From the NCBI GenBank assembly GCA_018436925.1, contig JAHDKI010000001.1, positions 128,098 through 192,097 on the forward strand: 64,000 bases of DNA, given 5' to 3'. Position numbers and translations under genes: made by a program. This DNA comes from Syntrophaceae bacterium. Lineage in GTDB: Bacteria; Desulfobacterota; Syntrophia; Syntrophales; Smithellaceae. A model generated the notes under the pieces. That model ran no database searches and was not told where the DNA came from. It worked only from the letters and a program-made list of their open reading frames with translations. Below are positions 29,849 to 41,630 of the stretch, piece by piece (position 1 is the first letter of the stretch; the number at the start of each line of letters is the position of its first letter).

Positions 29849-30853
29849 ATGGTTATCAACAGACATCGACTGCTTAGAGCAGCCGGCCTTTTTAAAAGAA
29901 AAATTTTAACGGACTATAATCCGAAAACGGGCCGAAGCCTTCTGGACGGTCCCCGAGGGGTTCAGATCCAGACGATTGACGCGTGTAACGGATCATGTGC
30001 CTGTTGTCCCAAAACCGGACGATCTCATAAACAGCCGAAGGATTCGATGGACGAGCATCTTTATATCAAAGTGATCGACGAACTCAGCCGCATTCAATCG
30101 TTAAAAACCGTCGCACTCATGCTGCAAAACGAACCCTTGATGGACGAGAGTCTTGCCGAGCGCGTTCGACAGGCCAGAACGAGGCTCAGGAAGTCGGTTC
30201 GCATTTATATCGTGACAAACGGTATGCTTTTGAGTCCGTCTGTGGCGAAAGACCTCTTTGGCGCCGGGCTCAGTCACGTGGAAATCAGTCTCGACGCACT
30301 GACCGAAGCCACATTCAAGCGCGTGCGCGCCGGTCTTGACTATGATCTGATCATGGAGAACACGCGCGCTTTGGTCGCTCGGACCGGGCCGCGAAAAACA
30401 ATTGTACGTTTTCTGATCCAGAAGGATAATGCTCATGAACAAAAAGCGTTTAACACCTACTGGGTTCAAAAAGGCGCGCGGGTAATGTTTCAGGACATGA
30501 CCAATCGTGCCGGAGCGCTCAGTCGATACCCGTCGCTGTGCCCTGATTTGGGCCCGGATTTATTCGCCCGCATCGAGAAGATCGCGCGGCGAGGCCTGCC
30601 TTGCGTTTCCGGACCCTTTGACCGCCTCAATGTTCTGAGCGACGGGCGCGTGCTGGCCTGCTGTCAGGATTGGCGATCTGACTTCATGCTGGGCGATATT
30701 TCCAGACAATCTCTGGCCGAAATCTGGACGGGTGAGCCGGCCGCCGTTTGCCGCGACATGCTTTGGCATGGACAATTTGAAAAAAGCACACTTTGCGCGG
30801 CCTGTTCAATGCGTTTGGAGTATCCCGGGAAAAGGGCGCACAGAAAGCCGTAA
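29849..30853 (+). CDS. radical SAM protein with SPASM/twitch domain
   Basis: CNGSCACCP, NEPL, TNGMLL, DGRVLACCQDW, LAEIW...CAAC. Confidence 0.85.
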   Translation: MVINRHRLLRAAGLFKRKILTDYNPKTGRSLLDGPRGVQIQTIDACNGSCACCPKTGRSHKQPKDSMDEHLYIKVIDELSRIQSLKTVALMLQNEPLMDESLAERVRQARTRLRKSVRIYIVTNGMLLSPSVAKDLFGAGLSHVEISLDALTEATFKRVRAGLDYDLIMENTRALVARTGPRKTIVRFLIQKDNAHEQKAFNTYWVQKGARVMFQDMTNRAGALSRYPSLCPDLGPDLFARIEKIARRGLPCVSGPFDRLNVLSDGRVLACCQDWRSDFMLGDISRQSLAEIWTGEPAAVCRDMLWHGQFEKSTLCAACSMRLEYPGKRAHRKP

Positions 30854-31031
30854 ATAGTCTTTAGCCCGGGTCGGGAAATGCGTTTTCGAGATTTGCCCGG
30901 CAAACCGAAGCACCGTTTTTCTGCAGCCATTTCGGCGCTTGTGATTTTTTCAAAACAGGCGTATGGCTCGACACAGCAGGTCCGGATAAGGAAATCGTTC
31001 GATGACCCCTTAACGCCCAAAGGAGGATGCT

Positions 31032-32105
31032 ATGAAAGTGCTTGCCGTCAATTCCGGTCCCCGTCCGGACAAGGAAAGCTACACCGTGATGTTGCTCAAT
31101 CTGTTGGTCGAAGGCATGCGCGAAGCGGGCGCGGAGGTTGAGGTCGTCAATCTGCGCGAAAAAAAGATCCGCAACTGCATCGGTTGTTTCACCTGCTGGA
31201 CCAAAACGCCCGGCCGGTGCCTTCATAAAGATGACATGACCCTTGAACTTTTCCCGAAATTCCTGGCCAGCGATTTGATTATTTACGCGACGCCGCTTTA
31301 TTTTCACACGATCAACGCCGCGCTGGCCGCCTTCATGGAGCGCACGTTGCCCGCCGCCCTTCCTTTTTTCGAGGAAGGTGAAGATGGGAAAACTTTTCAT
31401 CCGATGCGCTATCAAGTTCCCCCCAGTGTTCTGCTTAGCGTCTGCGGATTTCCCGAGGCGTCGGAATTCGACGCGATGCTCGAGTTTTTTGAGCGCACAC
31501 GGCATGGCGAAGCGCGGCCGGTGGCCGCGATCTGCCGCGCGGGTGCGTCGCTGTTGTCCGTGCCCCAGCTTGGGGCAAAAGCCCGGGAGGTATTCGACGC
31601 GACCAAACAAGCCGGCCGCGAGCTGGTTTACAACATGCAAATTGCGCCGGAAACGCTGGCCCGCATCACACAGCCCCTGGGGGACGCCAAGACCTTCGGG
31701 AAGATGGGCAACATCTACTGGAAAACCTGCATCGCCGAAGGCGTGACGCCGAAAGAGTTTGACGACAAAAAAATGGTTCCCCGTCCGCAGACGCTTGATG
31801 ACTTCATGTTTGTTTTTCCCTATGGCCTCAATACGTCGGCGGCAGGCGACCGGAAAGTGCGGCTTCAATTTCATTTTTCAGGAGACATAAGCGATTCCTG
31901 CTTCTTTGCCATTGAAAAAGGCCGCGCGGACGCTGAGCAGGGAACCTGCGAAAAGCCCGACCTGATTATTGAGACCCCCTTCGGCCTGTGGATGGATGTG
32001 CTCACACGCAAGGCCGACGGCCAGAAGCTGTTTATGGACGGAAAATACAAAGTCCAGGGCGATCTGGCGCTGATGATGAAGCTGTTTCAAAAGGAGTCGG
32101 ATTGA
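31032..32105 (+). CDS. iron-sulfur flavoprotein/flavodoxin-like domain fused to SCP2 lipid-binding domain
   Basis: NSGPR, CIGCFTCWTKTPGRC, ATPLY; C-terminal PDLIIET...FMDGKYKVQGDL SCP2 pattern. Confidence 0.85.
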   Translation: MKVLAVNSGPRPDKESYTVMLLNLLVEGMREAGAEVEVVNLREKKIRNCIGCFTCWTKTPGRCLHKDDMTLELFPKFLASDLIIYATPLYFHTINAALAAFMERTLPAALPFFEEGEDGKTFHPMRYQVPPSVLLSVCGFPEASEFDAMLEFFERTRHGEARPVAAICRAGASLLSVPQLGAKAREVFDATKQAGRELVYNMQIAPETLARITQPLGDAKTFGKMGNIYWKTCIAEGVTPKEFDDKKMVPRPQTLDDFMFVFPYGLNTSAAGDRKVRLQFHFSGDISDSCFFAIEKGRADAEQGTCEKPDLIIETPFGLWMDVLTRKADGQKLFMDGKYKVQGDLALMMKLFQKESD

Positions 32106-32239
32106 TGACATGAGACCCGAAAAGGGCCTGTGACCGGTCATCGTGCCCCGACGGGCTCATGACGATATCGAGAACCCATGCGCACTTGGAAACCGGGAAG
32201 CCTCCTGAGCCGATGAACACCGACTAGCGGATCGATATT

Positions 32240-34069
32240 GTGAAAACCATTTTCTTAAAATACTTACCTCCGAAGCCCGTCATCTGGCTGTTTGTCGTGT
32301 GGATCATGCAGGCGGTGCTTTTTCTGGGTTACATTACACGTCAATACGGCGGCAGTCTTCTGGGCTTTTTGATGCATCTGGCCCTGGTGTTCTCGCTGCT
32401 GGTGGTTTGTCTTACACCCTTTACCTTCACAAAGGCGCAAGCCGTTTCCCTGGTTGTGAGGCGGGGAATCCTGGCTTTGGTTATGGGCAGTCTGCATAGC
32501 CTGATGCTGGGCTTTTACACGCTGGACTTATTGGGTCACCGGAGCTGGAGCGGACCCTTTACACTGGAACTTCTGCGCGTCTATGCGGGTCAGATCAAAG
32601 TGCTTTTGGATCTGTATGGACTTCCTTTTTTCCGGACTGTTACAGTTGTCGTTACCGGGTGGTTCCTGATGGTCAGCACCTATTATATCGTTGGCCGATC
32701 CCTGGTGATATCGCTCGATTCCCACCTCCTGCGCCGGAAACAACCTCATTTTATGTGGCGCAGTATGGCCATCGGTAGCCTGGCCTTGCTGCTTTGCCTG
32801 TATGCGTTGACCCGGCCGGCCTGGGTATTCACAGAGCCGCTTCATGCCGCAGCGATGAACAGTCATGGTTTCCTGCGTCAGGCGCCGCAGGGACTATTTA
32901 TGAGCAAAAACCTGAACGATTCAAAACAAAGGAGCCAATGCCCGTCCGGCTCGCAAAAAATCAACCCTCGTCTTCTGGTTCTGATTGTTGTTGACGCGTT
33001 GCGCAGCGACCTGATGGAGGTGTATGGAGCGCCTGAAGAGAATACGCCTTTCTTGTCCGGATTGCATCGTCAAGGGAAACTCCGTCGTATTGACAACGCC
33101 TACTCCATCTGCACGACATCTTTTTGCGGCATCATTGGAACGCTTTCATCCAAATATTGGCATCAATTGAATGAACCCCCGGCAAATCTTGCCGATGTTC
33201 TGAAATGCTACGGTTATGAAACCCGCTTTCTTCTAAGCGGCGATCATGAAAACTTTTTCGGCATTCGTGATGTGTTCGGGAAGAATATTGATCTTTACCG
33301 CGACGGTTCGTTTGCGTCCTCGGAATATGTCAATGATGATCGCCTGGTTTTGAAATGGATTGGCGAGCAGGATTGGAAATCCGAGCGCGCTGTTTTTCTT
33401 TATGCGCACCTGATGTCCGTGCATTCCATCGGACTTCGGGATCCTCGCTTTAGAAAATGGCTGCCCGACAAAGAGAGAGATTATTTAAAGTTGAGCCGAA
33501 CGCCCCGCTCTTACCGCAACAATTACCATAACGGCATTCTGCAGGCGGATCATACCATTGAGCAAATATTTCAAATTCTGAACGGGCAGGGGGTGCTTGA
33601 CGAGGCGTTGGTTGTGATTACGGCCGATCACGGTGAGCATTTGGGTGAAGGAGGCCGATTCGGCCACGGCGGGAAACCCTGGGAGCAGGTGGTGCGAATT
33701 CCCGTACTGATCTATGACGGACAAGGCGCCGACTATCCCGAACGAGCGCTGGTCAGTCAGGTGGATATCGCCCCCACCTTCCTGCACGCTATCGGCGCCC
33801 CGATTCCCGCCGATTGGTCCGGCATTGCCCTTCAAGTTCCATCATCGCGAGATTCGGTCTATGTTGCTGCCTATGAGAGCTCCGGGGTTGTGGCGGATAG
33901 GGCAGGCAGGCGCTATAAATACCTTCAAAACCGGAAAAACGGCGATGAAGAGCTTTTTGACCTGACGGCCCCGAATGCGGAATCGGTGAACCTGGCGACA
34001 AAGCTGGAAAATGAGGCCGTTATCTGTTTACTGCGGGAAATGAATGTTGCGGCAAACCATTCGAACTGA
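32240..34069 (+). CDS. membrane-anchored sulfatase-like hydrolase/transferase (LtaS/EptA-like fold)
   Basis: About 5 N-terminal TM helices, LIVVDALRSD, HLMSVH, VITADHGE, GHG, SQVDIAPT. Confidence 0.8.
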   Translation: MKTIFLKYLPPKPVIWLFVVWIMQAVLFLGYITRQYGGSLLGFLMHLALVFSLLVVCLTPFTFTKAQAVSLVVRRGILALVMGSLHSLMLGFYTLDLLGHRSWSGPFTLELLRVYAGQIKVLLDLYGLPFFRTVTVVVTGWFLMVSTYYIVGRSLVISLDSHLLRRKQPHFMWRSMAIGSLALLLCLYALTRPAWVFTEPLHAAAMNSHGFLRQAPQGLFMSKNLNDSKQRSQCPSGSQKINPRLLVLIVVDALRSDLMEVYGAPEENTPFLSGLHRQGKLRRIDNAYSICTTSFCGIIGTLSSKYWHQLNEPPANLADVLKCYGYETRFLLSGDHENFFGIRDVFGKNIDLYRDGSFASSEYVNDDRLVLKWIGEQDWKSERAVFLYAHLMSVHSIGLRDPRFRKWLPDKERDYLKLSRTPRSYRNNYHNGILQADHTIEQIFQILNGQGVLDEALVVITADHGEHLGEGGRFGHGGKPWEQVVRIPVLIYDGQGADYPERALVSQVDIAPTFLHAIGAPIPADWSGIALQVPSSRDSVYVAAYESSGVVADRAGRRYKYLQNRKNGDEELFDLTAPNAESVNLATKLENEAVICLLREMNVAANHSN

Positions 34070-34072
34070 ACA

Positions 34073-35371
34073 TTACTTTTCTTCCGGCGCGCAAGAACAG
34101 GCCTTCGATCCTGAGGGCATATTGGACGGAAAGACGTAGCGCACGGCGCGTTCGTAGAGCAGATAATCCCACGCCCAGTTGGTGAGCACCATGATGCGGT
34201 TGCGAAAGCCGATCAGGTTGGCCAGATGAATCACCAGCCACAGCACCCAGGCGAAAAATCCTTTGAAGGTTTTCTTTCCGATGGCGACGCCCGCCGCCTT
34301 GCGGCCGATGGCGATCATAGATCCGCGATCGGCGTATCGGAAAGGTTTGGGCGATTGTCCGGCGAGCTGACGCAGAATATTTTGGGCGGCTCTCACGCCG
34401 GACTGAATGGCGACCTGAGCGACCATGGGCAAGACGCGTGTGTCTTCCTGAATGGAAGCCAGATCGCCGATGACGTAAATGCGCTCGTCGTTCCCGATTT
34501 GCAGCGTATCGCGCACGCTGACGCGTCCGTCGCGTTCGACCGCGATGCCGGAATCGGCTGCCAGCGCCTCTCCGCGGACGCCCGCCGTCCAGACGACGGT
34601 GTTTGTCGCGATCGCCTCCCCGTTTTGCAAAAGCGCGCGTTCGGGCGTCACTTGGGCCACCGCCGTTTTCAGGCGTACGTCCACGCCCATCTTGCGCAAC
34701 TGTGCCGCCGTGTAATCGCGGAGATTATCCGGCATGGGGCCGACCAGCTGCGGGGCCGCTTCAAGAAGCAGGATGCGGACGTCATGGAAGTCAATGCCCG
34801 GGTAGTCGCGGACCAGCGGCCCGGAAATCAGTTCGGCCAAGGCGCCCGAATACTCCACGCCGGTGGCGCCGCCGCCCACGATCACAAACGTCAGAAGTGC
34901 GCGCTTTTTGTCCGGGTCCGGTTCGCGCGAGGCGGCTTCGAAACAGCAGATGATATGATTTTTCAGCGCGACGGCCTCTTCCAGGGTTTTGAGGAAATAG
35001 GCGTTCTCCTCGACGCCCGGCACGCCGAAGGTGGACGTGACGCTTCCGGTGGCGATAATCAGATAGTCATAGGGAATGATTCCGCCGTCGGTTTCGACTG
35101 TCTGATTTTGCGCGTCGATCGAGCGGGCGTGCGCCAGAAGAAAATCCACGTTCGGCATTTTCCAGAAAACACTGCGCACGGGATAGGCGATGTCTTCCGC
35201 GTCGAGTTCCGCCGCCGCCACCTGATACAGAAGCGCTAAAAAGGTGTGGTAGTTGTTGCGGTCGATCACCAGGACATCCACCGGAGCGCGCGCAAGCGTC
35301 CGGGCGGCCCACAGGCCGCCGAAACCCGCGCCGATGATGACGACCCTGGGTTTTGAACTTTGAATATCCAT
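34073..35371 (-). CDS. ndh: type II NADH dehydrogenase-like FAD oxidoreductase
   Basis: VVIIGAGFGG, LLYQVA, VIVGGGATGVE, WTAGV, YVIGDLA, AQVAIQ, GFRNR. Confidence 0.88.
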   Translation of the reverse strand: MDIQSSKPRVVIIGAGFGGLWAARTLARAPVDVLVIDRNNYHTFLALLYQVAAAELDAEDIAYPVRSVFWKMPNVDFLLAHARSIDAQNQTVETDGGIIPYDYLIIATGSVTSTFGVPGVEENAYFLKTLEEAVALKNHIICCFEAASREPDPDKKRALLTFVIVGGGATGVEYSGALAELISGPLVRDYPGIDFHDVRILLLEAAPQLVGPMPDNLRDYTAAQLRKMGVDVRLKTAVAQVTPERALLQNGEAIATNTVVWTAGVRGEALAADSGIAVERDGRVSVRDTLQIGNDERIYVIGDLASIQEDTRVLPMVAQVAIQSGVRAAQNILRQLAGQSPKPFRYADRGSMIAIGRKAAGVAIGKKTFKGFFAWVLWLVIHLANLIGFRNRIMVLTNWAWDYLLYERAVRYVFPSNMPSGSKACSCAPEEK

Positions 35372-35437
35372 CATCCCCTCAATAGGAATTCGCATGATGC
35401 CCCCTGCCGGCGCTGGTCGTTGCACCATGCTTCTTTA

Positions 35438-37912
35438 TTATCTTTTTGAAACTTTACGGTTTTGAAGGTTTCTTGTTTTCTTCACCACGGGCCTTGCGTT
35501 TCCGGTCTTTATTACCTTTTTCTTTGCCGGCTTCCTGATCGCTTTACCGGCCGCCTTTTCTTTGGCCGGCTCCAGCGCGATCTTTAAAACGTCCATCATG
35601 TCGCCCACAAAATGGAAGGTGACGCCTTTCTGGACGTTGGCCGGAATGTCATCAATATCTTTTTTGTTCCAGGCCGGCAAAATAATCGTTTTGATGCCCG
35701 CCCGATAGGCCGCCAGCACTTTGTCCTTGATGCCGCCCACGGGCAGCACCGCTCCGCGCAGCGTGATTTCTCCGGTCATGGCCAGTTTCTTCTTTACTTT
35801 ACGGCCGGTCAGAAGCGAGGTCAACGCGGTCAGCATGGTGACGCCCGCAGAAGGGCCGTCCTTGGGCGTGGCGCCCGCCGGCACATGGATGTGAATGTCG
35901 CGCTCCTCGAAGAAGTCCGGATCGACGCCGAGTTCTCTGGCGTTGGTGCGGATGAAACTCATGGCCGCGGCGACCGATTCTTTCATCACGTCGCCCAGCT
36001 GACCGGTGAGCGTCAGCCCTTTTTTGCCCTTCATGGCGGTGGCTTCGATGAAGAGCATATCGCCGCCTACCGGCGTCCAGGCCAGTCCAATGGCGATGCC
36101 GGGCTTGGTGATCCGCGCGTCGATATCGGTCGGAACGCGCACGGCGCCCAGATATTTTGAAATATCCTTTTCCGTCAACGTTTTGGACGTAATGGACCCT
36201 TCGGCAATTTGCGCCGCCACGCCGCGGCAGGCGTTGGCGATTTCGCGTTCCAGATTGCGCACACCCGCCTCGCGCGTGTAGCCGGTGATGACGGCGGACA
36301 ACGCTCCGGGGGTCAGCTTGAACTGCGATGCGGTCAGACCGTTTTCTTTGAGCTGCCGGGGAATCAAATACTTCTGCGCGATCTTCATCTTTTCTTCCTG
36401 CGTGTAGCCGGTCAGTTCAATGACTTCCAGGCGGTCCAGAAGCGCAGGCGGAATCGTGTCGAGCATGTTGGCCGTGGCGATAAACAGAACCTTCGACAGA
36501 TCGAACGGCACATCGAGGTAGTGGTCCGTAAACGTGTTATTCTGCTGCGGATCGAGCACTTCCAGAAGCGCCGATGAGGGATCGCCGCGGAAATCGCTGC
36601 CGAGTTTATCGATTTCGTCGAGCATGAACACGGGATTGTTGGATTCCGCGCGCCGCAGTCCCTGAATGATCCGGCCCGGCAGTGCGCCGATGTATGTGCG
36701 GCGGTGTCCCCGGATTTCCGCTTCGTCGCGAACGCCGCCCAGCGCGATGCGCCAGAATTTGCGCCCCAGCGACCGGGCGATGGAATGCCCCAGCGAGGTC
36801 TTGCCGGTGCCCGGAGGCCCCACAAAGCACAGAATCGGTCCTTTTGAATCGGGTTTGAGCTTGCGCACGGCCAGATACTCGATGATGCGTTTTTTCGGTT
36901 TGGCCAGGCCGTAATGATCTTCATCCAGGATTTTTCTGGCGAGCGCAATGTCCAGGTTGTCGGTGGTGGCTTCGTGCCACGGAAGCGTGGTGATCCAGTC
37001 GAGGTATGTGGAAGAGACCGTGTATTCCGCCGATGACGGATTCATGCGACTTAACCGGTCGAGTTCGCGCAGGGCTTCCTTTTTTGCTTCTTCAGGCAGA
37101 TCCTTCTCTTCGATCTTTTTGCGGTACTCTTCCGTCTCCACCGCGTTTTCGTCCGATTCGCCCAACTCCTGGCGGATGGCTTTGAGCTGCTGTCGCAGAT
37201 AGTACTCGCGCTGGCTTTTATCAATGTCGTCTTTGACCTTGGTCTGGATCTTGTTGCCCAGCTCCAGCACTTCCATCTGGTGATTGACCATGCGGGTCAA
37301 TTCCTTGAGACGCTTTTTCACGTCGGCGATGTCGAGCACCTTTTGTTTTTCTTCCACCGGCGCGTTGATGATGGACGTAATCAGGTCGGCCAGCGTTCCG
37401 GCTTCAGTGATCGACTTTGCCATCGGTCCGAATTCCGGCGGCAGAAAGGGCGACAGCTTCAAAATGCGGTCGAAAAGGGAAAGCAGGTTGGCCATGAGCG
37501 CTTCGGTTTCAATGTCTTTGACTTCCTTTTCTTCAATCAACTTGATGCGCGCCTGCTGATAAGGCTTGTCGTTGATGATCTCTTCAATGGAAAAGCGGCT
37601 CACCCCCTGAAGAAGGAGCTGCGTGTGGTTTTCCGCGGTCTTGGCCATTTTGAGAATGACGGCGCAGGTGCCGACGGCGTGCAGCTCGTCCTTGGCGAAC
37701 GCGTTGGCCGTTTCCGGGTCTTTTTTCGCCATGATCAGACCCACCAGGCGGTCTTTGGTCATCGCCTCGTCCACCAGTGCCGAAGCGGCGCCGGAGACTT
37801 CCAGCGGAATCATGGTTTTGGGAAACACCAGCACATTATTAAGAGGAAGGATGGGAATCACTTCCGGAATATTGAATGTATTCTTATTTTCAGAGACGTT
37901 TGTATCCGTCAT
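35438..37912 (-). CDS. lon: ATP-dependent protease La
   Basis: [36 protein letters not shown]; GGAGGTG RBS. Confidence 0.97.
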   Translation of the reverse strand: MTDTNVSENKNTFNIPEVIPILPLNNVLVFPKTMIPLEVSGAASALVDEAMTKDRLVGLIMAKKDPETANAFAKDELHAVGTCAVILKMAKTAENHTQLLLQGVSRFSIEEIINDKPYQQARIKLIEEKEVKDIETEALMANLLSLFDRILKLSPFLPPEFGPMAKSITEAGTLADLITSIINAPVEEKQKVLDIADVKKRLKELTRMVNHQMEVLELGNKIQTKVKDDIDKSQREYYLRQQLKAIRQELGESDENAVETEEYRKKIEEKDLPEEAKKEALRELDRLSRMNPSSAEYTVSSTYLDWITTLPWHEATTDNLDIALARKILDEDHYGLAKPKKRIIEYLAVRKLKPDSKGPILCFVGPPGTGKTSLGHSIARSLGRKFWRIALGGVRDEAEIRGHRRTYIGALPGRIIQGLRRAESNNPVFMLDEIDKLGSDFRGDPSSALLEVLDPQQNNTFTDHYLDVPFDLSKVLFIATANMLDTIPPALLDRLEVIELTGYTQEEKMKIAQKYLIPRQLKENGLTASQFKLTPGALSAVITGYTREAGVRNLEREIANACRGVAAQIAEGSITSKTLTEKDISKYLGAVRVPTDIDARITKPGIAIGLAWTPVGGDMLFIEATAMKGKKGLTLTGQLGDVMKESVAAAMSFIRTNARELGVDPDFFEERDIHIHVPAGATPKDGPSAGVTMLTALTSLLTGRKVKKKLAMTGEITLRGAVLPVGGIKDKVLAAYRAGIKTIILPAWNKKDIDDIPANVQKGVTFHFVGDMMDVLKIALEPAKEKAAGKAIRKPAKKKVIKTGNARPVVKKTRNLQNRKVSKR

Positions 37913-37960
37913 GTTCACCTCCAGGTTGAGTTGTCGTATCCAGGTTGAATCGAAGCGCGC

Positions 37961-38398
37961 CTAATCCGTTATCACCGAAACCCGGTGCGTTTTGCCGGCC
38001 GGCAGTTTGTTCATGCGCACCGTCAGCATGCCGTCGGCATAGGAGGCCGCCGCGGACTGCGCATCCACCGGAGCGGGCAGGTTGATCACGCGTTCGAAAT
38101 AACCGTGCGGAATTTCCGCCTGGCAGTAGCGGACATTTTGCACGTAATGAATCGCCTTGCGGATGCCGGCGAGCTTCATTTTGCTGCGGTTGACTTCGAT
38201 GTGCAGCTCGTCTTTGTTTAGCCCCGCCATGTCGGCCAGAACGACGATTTCTTCAGCGGATTCATACACGTCGATGTTGGGGCGCCAGACACATTCGTAA
38301 TTTTTGAAAGCCGGCCGCACCAGGTGAAAGACCTGATCCACTGCTTTGTGAAACTCATCTTCAAAATGTCCGCCGAAATTAATTTTAATGTAGGTCAT
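37961..38398 (-). CDS. Hsp20/alpha-crystallin small heat shock protein
   Basis: WRPNIDVYE, EIPHGYFERVINLP, ASYADGML; upstream of lon. Confidence 0.9.
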   Translation of the reverse strand: MTYIKINFGGHFEDEFHKAVDQVFHLVRPAFKNYECVWRPNIDVYESAEEIVVLADMAGLNKDELHIEVNRSKMKLAGIRKAIHYVQNVRYCQAEIPHGYFERVINLPAPVDAQSAAASYADGMLTVRMNKLPAGKTHRVSVITD

Positions 38399-38672
38399 AG
38401 TCTGCCTTCTTCGGAATTCGGATTTTTTAACCGGAAGGAATTATAGGCATTCAATCCCGCTTTGTAAAGGCCGCCTTTGTCTGCTTGAACACACATGTGT
38501 GCGGCGGGAAAAAGCGAATCGGCAAAAAAAATAACTGGTTAAATGAAATAAAGTCTGCTATGGGAACCCCCCGACAACGAATACAAGCGGTATAGACACC
38601 CCTTCGGTACGATTCGCTTATTTTATTCCTTGATTTTGAAGATCTGTCGAAAACCGGAAAAGAAAGAAGATT

Positions 38673-40490
38673 ATGAAAAAAGATCATTTACGAAACGTCG
38701 CGATCATCGCGCACGTTGACCACGGAAAAACCACGCTGCTTAATGCCATGCTCAAACAAACCGGCGTTTTTCGAGCCAATCAGGCGGTGGAAGACCGTGT
38801 GATGGACTCGATGGCGCTGGAAAAAGAGCGCGGCATCACCATCGCGGCGAAAAACACGGCCATTGAATATCAGGGCGTGAAGATTAACATTGTCGACACC
38901 CCCGGCCATGCCGATTTCGGCGGCGAGGTGGAGCGCAGTCTCAATATGGTGGACGGCGCGATGCTGCTGGTTGACGCGAGCGAAGGGCCTCTGCCCCAGA
39001 CGCGCTTTGTTCTGAAAAAAGCCCTCGCGCTGGGGCTGCCCCTGATCCTGGTCATCAACAAGATCGACCGGGCCGACGCCCGCATTGAAGAGGTCATCAG
39101 TGAAACCTACGATCTGTTTATCGACCTGGGCGCCGACGAGCATCAGATTGAATTTCCGATTCTTTACACCAACGCCAAAACGGGTGTCAGCCACGTCAAA
39201 CTGGAAGATGCGGCCCAGGATCTGCGGCCGCTTCTGGACGCCATCGTGAGCGCCGTGCCGCCCCCCGCGGGCGATGACGAGGCCAACGCGCAGTTTCTGG
39301 TGACCAACCTTGACTATGATCCTTATGTCGGACAGATTGCCGTAGGCCGGCTGCAGGCGGGCCGCCTGCAAATGAACAGCCTCTACAGCCTCTGCGGTCA
39401 GGATACTGTACAAGGCGGGGTGAAGCTCTCGGCTTTGTATACCTTTCACGGCCTGGCCAAAAAATCGGTCGAGTCGGCCGAATCGGGCGATATCATCGCC
39501 TTGGCCGGCATCGACGGCGTCGCGATCGGCGACACGATTTCCTCGCTGGATAAGCCTCAGGCGCTGCCCCGCCTGATCGTCGATGAGCCCACTGTGTCGA
39601 TGGTGTTCTACGTCAACGACAGCCCTTTCGCGGGGAAAGAAGGCAAATATCTGACGTCACGGCATCTGCTGGAACGGCTGGAGAAGGAAGCGCAGCGCAA
39701 TGTGGCCATCCGGATCCGGAAGACCGGCCGAACCGACGCCTTCGAGGTTTGTGGGCGCGGCGAGCTGCAGATGGCGGTTTTGATTGAAACGATGCGTCGC
39801 GAAGGCTTTGAACTCGCGGTTTCCAAACCCCAGGTGATCACCAAAAAATCCGATGGAAAAGTGCTTGAACCGGTGGAACGTCTTTTTCTGGATATTCCGG
39901 AAGAGTTTGTCGGACGAATCACGGAAAAACTCTCGATTCGCAAAGGAAGGCTCGAAAGCCTGGTGAATAAAGGCAGCGGGCGGGTGAGCATGGAATTTCT
40001 CATTCCCTCGCGGGGGCTCATCGGTTTCCGCAGCCAGTTTCTGACCGATACCAAAGGCGGCGGCGTGATGAACTCGCTTCTGGAGGATTACGCGCCCTGG
40101 TTCGGGTCTATTCCGCAGCGCAACTCGGGCGCGCTGGTGGCCGATCGGGCCGGCCGGGTGACGTCGTATGCGAGCTATGCGATGGAAGACCGCGGCGAGA
40201 TGATCGTGGAGGTGGGCACGGACGTATATGCGGGGATGATCGTGGGCGAGCGCAACCGGACGCAGGATCTGACGGTCAACATCGTCAAGGAAAAAAAGCT
40301 GACCAACATGCGCGCATCGGGCTCCGACGCGACGGTGATTCTGCGGCCGCCGAGAATTTTGTCGCTGGACCAGGCCATTGAGTTTATCGCCGAGGATGAA
40401 TTGGTTGAGGTCACGCCCAAAAGCGTGAGGTTGCGCAAAATGGAGCTCGACGCGACACGCCGCCAGATGAAGGCCAAAAAGGACGAATGA
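38673..40490 (+). CDS. typA: translational GTPase TypA/BipA
   Basis: [48 protein letters not shown]. Confidence 0.97.
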   Translation: MKKDHLRNVAIIAHVDHGKTTLLNAMLKQTGVFRANQAVEDRVMDSMALEKERGITIAAKNTAIEYQGVKINIVDTPGHADFGGEVERSLNMVDGAMLLVDASEGPLPQTRFVLKKALALGLPLILVINKIDRADARIEEVISETYDLFIDLGADEHQIEFPILYTNAKTGVSHVKLEDAAQDLRPLLDAIVSAVPPPAGDDEANAQFLVTNLDYDPYVGQIAVGRLQAGRLQMNSLYSLCGQDTVQGGVKLSALYTFHGLAKKSVESAESGDIIALAGIDGVAIGDTISSLDKPQALPRLIVDEPTVSMVFYVNDSPFAGKEGKYLTSRHLLERLEKEAQRNVAIRIRKTGRTDAFEVCGRGELQMAVLIETMRREGFELAVSKPQVITKKSDGKVLEPVERLFLDIPEEFVGRITEKLSIRKGRLESLVNKGSGRVSMEFLIPSRGLIGFRSQFLTDTKGGGVMNSLLEDYAPWFGSIPQRNSGALVADRAGRVTSYASYAMEDRGEMIVEVGTDVYAGMIVGERNRTQDLTVNIVKEKKLTNMRASGSDATVILRPPRILSLDQAIEFIAEDELVEVTPKSVRLRKMELDATRRQMKAKKDE

Positions 40491-41464
40491 TCAGCGAAAT
40501 TGAAGAAAATTTCTATCGCCTCACTCTGCCGATGCCGTTTCGGCTGCGCCATGTCCACGCCTACGCGCTGGTCGATGGAAAGGCTGTTGTTTTGTTCGAT
40601 ACCGGGATGATCATGCCGGGCGCTTTCGAGCGACTGGAAACCGATCTGCAAAGCATCGGGCATTCGGTGTCTTCGATCCGAGACATCTATCTGACGCACG
40701 CCCATACCGACCACTGCGGCATGGCGGGGCTGATTCAGGAAAAATCGGGGGCGAGGATTCATCTGACTGAAGCGGCCCGCGACGTTCTGGCGCATTTCCA
40801 GGAAGGCACGCGGCTCATCGCTGAGGCCCGGCGTTTTTACGCCAAGCACGGCATGTCGCATCGTGATGTCGAGGCCATCGTGGAGGAAATCGAGGACATG
40901 CGCACCCGCGTGCCGCATTTTCAAGACACCTCATTTCTCAGCGACGGCGAGGTTTACCGCGCGGGGGGGCGGTCGTTTGAAGTCATCTTCACCCCGGGTC
41001 ACGCCGCGGGGCACGTCTGCTTTTTCTTCCGGCGCGAAGGCCTGCTTCTGGCCGGCGATCATATTCTGCCCTATATCGCGCCCAGCTTAAGCCCCAATAT
41101 CTATGACGACCTTTTTGAGCCTTTGCCCAGCTATCTCGAATCGCTCAATGTCATCGAAAAACTGCCGATTCAAACCGTGTATCCCGGCCACGGCAACGCC
41201 TTAACCGACCTTGCCTGCCGCATCGAAGAGATCCGGATGCATCACGGTCTGAAAAAAGAGGCGCTTTTAAAGATGCTCGGCGCCGGACCCAAAACCACCT
41301 TTTCCGTCTGCGCAGAGCTGATCGGCGAAGCTGCGGCCAACTGGGACGACTGGGAAAAATTCATGGCACTCAATGAGACCTACGTCTATCTGCAGGCGCT
41401 CAAAAGTCAGGGTGCGCTCCGCGAAACGATGCACGAGAATATCTTGTCCTACTCAGCCCTCTGA
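40487..41464 (+). CDS. MBL-fold metallo-hydrolase
   Basis: THAHTDHCG, TPGHAAGH, AGDH, PGHG. Confidence 0.9.
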   Translation: MISEIEENFYRLTLPMPFRLRHVHAYALVDGKAVVLFDTGMIMPGAFERLETDLQSIGHSVSSIRDIYLTHAHTDHCGMAGLIQEKSGARIHLTEAARDVLAHFQEGTRLIAEARRFYAKHGMSHRDVEAIVEEIEDMRTRVPHFQDTSFLSDGEVYRAGGRSFEVIFTPGHAAGHVCFFFRREGLLLAGDHILPYIAPSLSPNIYDDLFEPLPSYLESLNVIEKLPIQTVYPGHGNALTDLACRIEEIRMHHGLKKEALLKMLGAGPKTTFSVCAELIGEAAANWDDWEKFMALNETYVYLQALKSQGALRETMHENILSYSAL

Positions 41465-41630
41465 TGCGGCCTTCTTTTTGTTTCAATCCATAACGCCCTT
41501 CGCGAAAAAGACGCGATCCTGTTTTGGCGACGGCGCCCCGACGCAGAAACAATATTCTTTTACGCAGCCGGAACTTGTGTTACCATCGCCGCCGGCTTTA
41601 CCAATCGGGTCATCCACCGCGGGAACGGCT

